DNA of 64,000 nt from the human T2T-CHM13v2.0 reference genome, Homo sapiens. The notes under the pieces were generated by a model that was not told the origin of the DNA, searched no databases, and saw only the letters and a list, made by a program, of their open reading frames with translations. The translations under genes and the position numbers were made by a program. The DNA lies in NCBI RefSeq assembly GCF_009914755.1, contig NC_060939.1. One strand, given 5' to 3'. Positions 54,411 to 64,000 of the stretch are shown here, piece after piece (the first letter of the stretch is position 1; each line of letters begins with the position of its first letter).

Positions 54411-55769
54411 TTCAACAATGGCACAATCACTTTTCGGGTTTATTATAGAGAGGGTTTTGTGCAATGAAAAGGTCCTCCAAGGTGACAATGTATCTGTCTG
54501 CCAAGTGCATCCCTGGCATCCCAATTATCAATTTAATAGGTGAGAATGCCTTACTGAAACTTACCATGCACTGGAAAATACATTTGTCCTGGTTGGAGAA
54601 AGTTAAAGTCTAAGAGAGTGAACATTTAACATTACTGCTTTCTGGTTTATCTTTCCTTCGAAAGCAAAAAATATTACTTTGATTCTTTCCTGGTGCCAAT
54701 CATGGGGATCTGATCTCCATTTTGGAGGTGAAGAATGGTAGGAAACCTTCTTTTTTTTACCTTCTCCTTGTTGTGAAAGAAAGACAATATTCATCAACAC
54801 ATTATCTGGCTCCTGTCTTGTCCAGATCTTAATCCTCTTGGCGAATAGATGAGGAGTCTTTCCTGGAACTTTTTCCTTTATGTTGAACAGTTTGAAGCGG
54901 CTTAAGAAGGTACCCTGGATTTCAGAGGTGTGGAGGAGACATAGGGAGTGGAAATGGCACCACATAAGAGGGCAAGGGCCCCGGGTACAAATGTTTGTGC
55001 TATAAGCCATGTAGTGTACAACACTGAGTTACCTAGTAGATAACCAGTATATGAAGCATTCAGCAGATGTTTGCTGAAGTTAACAAATAAGTGTGTGCAT
55101 CTGTCAAATACTGTGGTCGATTTACGTCGGTGGCTTTCAAATTGTGCTTACAGTGAATGTAAGGATCCTGCAAATTGCCTCAAGACCTTTTTGTAAGACA
55201 GCAAAGGAGCTGCAGTGAAAATTTTGGTTTTAGTGCTTTGCCCAAACCAACACACAGACAAAACTATGCAGCAGGGGGTCAGCTTTGGAGGGGAATTCTG
55301 TGTAGAGTAAGAATCAGCTTCTTTGGTGAATTCCAAATAGAGCTTTAGCAACTCAACCTGTAGAGCTTTCCATTTTGCAGCTGAACAATTTAAAATACCT
55401 CCTTTGAGGGCAAGACAAAACCAAGGCGATATTTCAGTATCAACAGAAAGAACCACATGCCTCTGTCAGTACAGAACATGAAAGGAGCTTTGAACATAAA
55501 GACTTTGCCTGCATCAAATAAAAATATCAAGTTTACTTAAGGAACACGTGGAGCTTAAAATCCTTTAGTCTTGTGATGAGCTTAAAGCCTGCTCTTTCTA
55601 TCCGCTGGGAGCTCCAAGAGAGAGCCAGCATGGGAGCCCATAGACGAACAGACCTGCAAATGCGGAAGGTCCCTGGGCTTGCCTTTTGGTTTCAGTTCTC
55701 ACAGAATCCAGCCTGCATTATTCCCTCCTGTGTTTCCATGGGTTTTTATCCCTATTTTCATTTTCCTGA

Positions 55770-57000
55770 AAAATTAAAAAAATTTTTATTGACATACAAT
55801 ATCACCAACAAATTTTCACAAGGTGAACTCACCCATGTAATCTGTCTGTACCTAGACGGAGACAGAGATTGAGAGAGGGAGAGAGAGAAAGAGTGCGCTT
55901 TCACCTGGACCAGAACACTCCACAGGTCCCCTCCCTTCCCAGTGGTTGCCGTATGTAGTAATAGTTCGTGTCCTCTCATTGCTCTGTGGAGCTCCATCGT
56001 ATGAATGTACCACAGCCTATTTAACATTCTACAGTTGATGCACATTTGAGTTGTTTCCACTTTTTGGCTATTATGAATAAAACAGCTACGAATGTTTATT
56101 TACATGTTTTTAAGTGAAGATGTTGTTGCATTTCTGTTGGGTACATACCTAGGAGTGGAATTGCTGGGTCCTAAGGTATGTTTAGCTTGAATAGATTCTG
56201 CTAACAAATTTGCCAAAGTGGTTGAAACAATTTGCACTCCCATCAGCAGAGTATAAAGCTCCTGCTTCTTCATATCACTCCAAGCATTGGATATAGTGTC
56301 ATTTTAAATTAGGCATTCTGATGTGTATAAAGTAGTACTCCCTATGGTTTTCACTTGTATTTTCCTAATGATTAATAAATCTGATTCCTTTTTACATATT
56401 TATTGACCACCTCAATATAGTAAAGTACCTGTTCAAGCTCTTTTTCCATTTTTTTCAATGAGGTTATTTATCTTTTCAAAAATTGTTTAATTGTCAATCT
56501 TATATTTTTTGGATATGAGTCCTTTGTCAGATATACGTATTTCAATGTATGCATATATTCAATATATGTAAATATATGCATTTCAATTATCCTCTCTGGC
56601 TCTATGATTTGCCTTTTCAATCCCTTAATAATGTTTTGTTCTGAACATAAATTTCTAGTCCAATTTATCTTATTTTTTCTATGCTTAGGGTTTTTATATC
56701 ATGCTTAGAAATGTTTACCTACCCTATGGTCATAAACATGTTTTCCTCTGAAAATTCTATTGCTTTTGTTTTCATATTTAGGTCTATAATTTATTGTGAG
56801 TTGACTTTTGTGTCTAGTATTAGGTCGGGTTCAAGATTCACTGTCTTCCTCATGGCTGTCAATATCCAGTACTATGTATAAAAAAAATCATCTTTTACCC
56901 ACAGCATGGCAGTGTCTCCTTTGTACTAAATCGAGTTACCGTAAATGTTTGTATTGATTTCTGGGATCTCTGTTCTGCTCCACTATTCTATTTATCACCC
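55770..57000 (-). mobile_element. Old L1ME/MB 3' end and ORF2 remnant
   Basis: atacctaggagtggaattgctgggtc, ggatatgagtcctttgtcagatat. Confidence 0.85.
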
Positions 57001-57003
57001 TCC

Positions 57004-57005
<2 letters not shown>

Positions 57006-57036
<31 letters not shown>

Positions 57037-57316
57037 AGACAGCGTCTCCCTCTGTCACCCAGGCTGGAGTGCAGTGGCGCCATCTTGGCTCACTGCAAGC
57101 TCTGCCTCCCGGGTTCATGTAGTCTCCTGCCTCAGCCTCCCAAGTAGCTGGGACTACAGGTGCCCGCCACCATGTCCAGCTAATTTTTATGTATTTTTAG
57201 TAGAGACGGGGTTTCACCGTGTTAGCCAGGATGGCCTCAATCTCCTGACCTCGTGATCCGCCCGCCTCGGCCTCCCAAAGTGCTGGGATTACAGGCGTGA
57301 GCCACAGTGCCCAGCC
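57006..57316 (-). mobile_element. AluY
   Basis: gcaagctc, gtgttagccaggatgg, gacctcgtgatccgcccgcctcgg. Confidence 0.96.
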
Positions 57317-57319
57317 AGT

Positions 57320-58440
<1,121 letters not shown>

Positions 58441-59829
58441 ATTTGAGGATGTTGAAGAATAAACAATGGTTCATTTTGAATTATAGATTTAACAATTTTC
58501 AGAAGCATTTTTGTTCAAAACTGCGGAGTAGAAACAAAAGTACAGGCTTTTATTTAAACACAATTGTGTTGATTATAGCCATTATCTTGCCTATGGAGTT
58601 TTGTTTTTTAGTTTGATTACTATAGTTTCTAGTTCAAAGAGTTCTAATTATTTCTATGTGATTGTCTTTGTTTAATAATTTCTGGGGTTTTTTTTGGATA
58701 TTATCCCTTCATTTTTCTCTTTGATCAGATTAAAATACTTATTTTAAACTCTTTGGTAGAGCATTTAACTTTGAATTTGTTCGTATTCCATTAGTTGTTT
58801 CTGTTAAATATATTTTCTTGTATATATGTTTTGTAATTTTGGAGTGTCAACTCGTTTGAGTAGTAGGATCATTTTGTTTTTTTCTCTCTCCCTTTCTTCC
58901 CCTCACATGATTGCTCCTTCCCATAGAAAGGTAGAAATGGAAAGTTATTCAATGAAAAATGTATATGTAAAGAATCCATGATGGCAATTAGAAAAGAGAC
59001 ACTGATACTACAGAAATCAGTACACAAAAATCTATTTGTGTTATAGAAATCAGGCTGGAGTAAATGTTAAAATTTGTAGTATTGGGGGAAATTTGGAATC
59101 TCTCCCAGTTTTCTTTTCAGTGAACTTCCAGTGTTTTCAACAAAGGAAGAACATCACAATAATTTGAGTACCACGTTATAAATAATTTACAGATATACAG
59201 TGCTTCTCCACTTAACTCCTCAGCCACTACCCTTCCCTACTCTGCGAAGGGAGAGGCAACTTAGAGATTTTTTAAATGTCCTGGCCCAAGATGAAGAAGC
59301 CAAGAAGCTCCTATGCAGCAGGATGGGCAAGGTTTTGGCATCACCACACTGTGTCTGACTCTGCCATTTACTGACTTTTAACCTTCAAATGTATAGCAGG
59401 AATTTGTATAATAACTTATGCTTTTAAAATTAAATTACATATTATATAATATATAATTTACATTATAAAGACAAAATCTAATATATAATATAATGTATAT
59501 TATCTATAAAATTATAATTTTGTATTTACAATAACTTGTAACTTTATAATTTTAACAACAACTTCAAACCTAAGGCAGGAATTTTTAAGAGAAGAAGCCT
59601 GCTGAAACATCATGTGAAGACTGTATGAGATGGTATTTGTAAAGCACTCACACTGGGCGATTCTGTAAACTTCTCTAGGTCTTCTCATTTTTAAAAGTAT
59701 AAACAGGATCTAAATTACATTCTGTTTTAAAGGTTAAGTGAAATAACCAAGTCTATGGAAGTGCATCGTAAACTGAGTAATGATTCAAATGTAAGAGAAA
59801 CTTTTCCTCGTCTAAACTAGCATGACTAT

Positions 59830-59992
59830 TGCTCTCCTACCCTGCTTTATTTTTATTCATAGTATTTATCACTACGGAAATTGATTTATGCATGTTTATT
59901 ATCTTCCTCCCAGAGGGCAGAAAATTTATTTACTTTTAGAGTCTCTGGTTATGTAGTAAGTATTCAACAAAAATTTACAGAATGAATGAATT
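59830..59992 (+). mobile_element. L2 3' end
   Basis: ccctgctttattttt...tagtaagtattcaac...gaatgaatgaat. Confidence 0.75.
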
Positions 59993-61501
59993 GTAGGTGG
60001 TCCTTATTGTTATGTTGTTATTGCATGAACTGAATTATTTCAATTCTCATATCTTTACACTAATAACCTCAACTGTTTCTTCTTCTCAGAGCCTAATACA
60101 TACACTTCTGTCTCCTTCAAGCACTGTGTTTTTAGATTCACTAATTTCTGCATTCATTCAATATACATCGAGTGGGTGTTGCAAGATTCTCGTTAAGTCC
60201 TTTACTCCTGTGATGTCAGTATCCCTGAGATATTTTCTTAGCATCAGGCAATCACACAGGCTTGGAAACCCAGGCTACTTGTCAAATTAACTACTTTTCT
60301 GCATAATGAACTCAACTGGAGAATTAAATATGGCAACTTTCACATTTAACTGTATAAGAAAGGCACTGTTATCTGTTGATTTGCATGGAGATGTTTACTT
60401 TTTCTTCTATTCCCTGAACTGTATTTATCAGTTCCGAGCCATTTCCAATTCTAGGCTTTTACTGATTCGCAGTGTCTTCTGCTGACTCAGTAACCTTTTT
60501 GATAATTACATCGAATGTTATCAAGCATTGCAGCCAATGGTTTTTTAAATCACCACTATAATTCTTACACTGAATGTTTCTTAGAACAAGTTTTGTCTTT
60601 TATCTACAGTGAACTACAACTTCATAAATATTTACCTTCTTCGGAAAATTGCCATTGCTAAATAAGATAACATGGTACATAAATAAACTTTCTGTGAAAT
60701 CTGCATTCATTTATTCCTTGAGAGGAAAAAAATTAAATTGAAGAAAACACATAGAAATTGCCATTAGAGTCAAGACTACTTACTGTTTCCCAAGCACGAT
60801 ATGCCATTTCCTACCTCCATAATATTGTCTTGGTTTATTATTTGTTCACGTACTTCCCTGGACCTCAAAATGCTCTTTTTCTTTATGTTGTCTACTGGCT
60901 GTTCATAGTTCAATTCAAATGTCACCTTCTCCAGAAATTTTTCTTCAGTACTTCAACTGGAGTTAGTTTCTTTTTCCCTTAAAATTATATAGCTCTTCCA
61001 AGAACTAAAAAAAAAAAAAAAAAAAAAATTCATTGACGAATCTTTTCTGGGCAAAAACATGTAGGAAGTTTGTGTTGCCTAAACACATCATACATTTCCG
61101 GTACAGTTGACCCTTTTACAATGTGGGGGTTAAGGCACTGATCCCCTATGCAGCCAAAAATATGTGTCTAACTTTTGACTCTCCAAAAACTTAATTACTA
61201 ATAGCCTACTGTTGAGTGAAAGCCTTCCTGATAACCTAAACAGTCGATTGACACATATTTTGTATGTTATATGTATTGTATACTGTATTTTTACAATAAA
61301 GGAAGCCAAAGAAATGAAAATGTTAAGAAAATCATAAGGAATAGAAAATATATTTACTATTTACTAAGCGGAAGTGGATCATCATAAAGGTCTTTATCCC
61401 TATCATCTTCATGTTGAGTAGGCTGAGGGGGAGGAAGAGGAATGGTTGGTTTTATCTCAGGAGAGGCAGAAGTAGGAGAGGAGGTAGAAGGGGACACAGG
61501 A

Positions 61502-62152
<651 letters not shown>

Positions 62153-62910
62153 AAAGAAATATGTAGCAATTTCTGTCTGACTTTTTTGCTTTTTCATATC
62201 TCTGAAAATGTTTCTATATGATACCAATTCTTCCACAGTTTGCTGCAGTTATAGTCCCTGTATCGTTGAAGCGTTCATGTAGTAAAAGAAACCAAAAGCA
62301 GTATTGAATAATTAGTACCCTTCTGCCAGATTGTCTAATGTCAATGTGTTTTCCGGCACTGCTTCTTCTACGTCTTCCTCCTCATCGTCTGGCACTGGTT
62401 CTGAAGCAGTTAACTCTCTCAAGTCCTCTTCTGTAAATTCCTCTGGTTTGGTGTCTGTTAGCTCTTAAATTTCTCCAAGATCTGTATCTTGAAACTCTTC
62501 ACTCCCCACCTTTTTTGTCGTAGCCACAATCTCTTTCATGATTTTCTTGATTGGCTTTGTCATAAATCCTGTGAGGTCATGTACAACATCTGGAAAATAC
62601 ATTTCTCTAGCAGGAATTTATAGTTTTGGGCCTGATGACTTTCATGATTTTCTAAAACAACGTCAACTTCAATGGTGCAATCATTTCAGACTTCCATGAT
62701 GTTCTCTCTATCAGAGTTCTTTTTCATAGTATTGACAATCTTTTCCACAGAGTTTCATATGTTATAAACCTTAAAAGTCTTTATGGTCCCCTGATATAGA
62801 GGCTGAATTAGATACATTGTGTTTGGGACCAAGTATACCACTTCAACACTTTCAGTGTTGAACTCATGAGGTGCTGAGTGGCCAGGGGTATTGTCCAATA
62901 TCAAAAGAAC

Positions 62911-64000
<1,090 letters not shown>

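Noticed and set aside
54760-54915. Possible - strand coding exon (GTFLSRFKLF...SQQGE)
   Set aside because: The donor (AAG|GTAAAA) and acceptor are only moderate, the peptide is unrecognised, and no partner exons were found.
61008-61027. Isolated poly(A) as the tail of a processed pseudogene (also 36192-36207)
   Set aside because: There is no TSD and no upstream mRNA-like body.

Overview
Repeat-rich primate genomic DNA, intronic or intergenic. It is most likely human or African ape, because it holds AluY copies and an L1PA2-type 3' end. No protein-coding gene is recognisable. The ORFs in the track with recognisable content are L1 ORF1/ORF2 remnants or Alu read-throughs. Much of the window is transposon-derived: Alu J/S/Y, old L1M and young L1PA elements, MaLR/ERV solo LTRs, Tigger2, MADE1, several hAT MERs, MIR, L2 and L3. 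Subfamily calls come from recalled consensus sequences, not from a database search. I found no convincing new biological system. The best observations are five. (1) A four-segment rearranged L1PA5-like insertion that appears to have deleted host DNA. (2) A tiny L1PA2 insertion with a scrambled antisense 5' filler and a probable 25-nt 3' transduction. (3) A 70-bp dispersed templated copy. (4) A near-perfect MADE1 (miR-548-type) hairpin. (5) Several candidate + strand exons, some closed in every frame, near a THE1 LTR that could act as a promoter and first exon.
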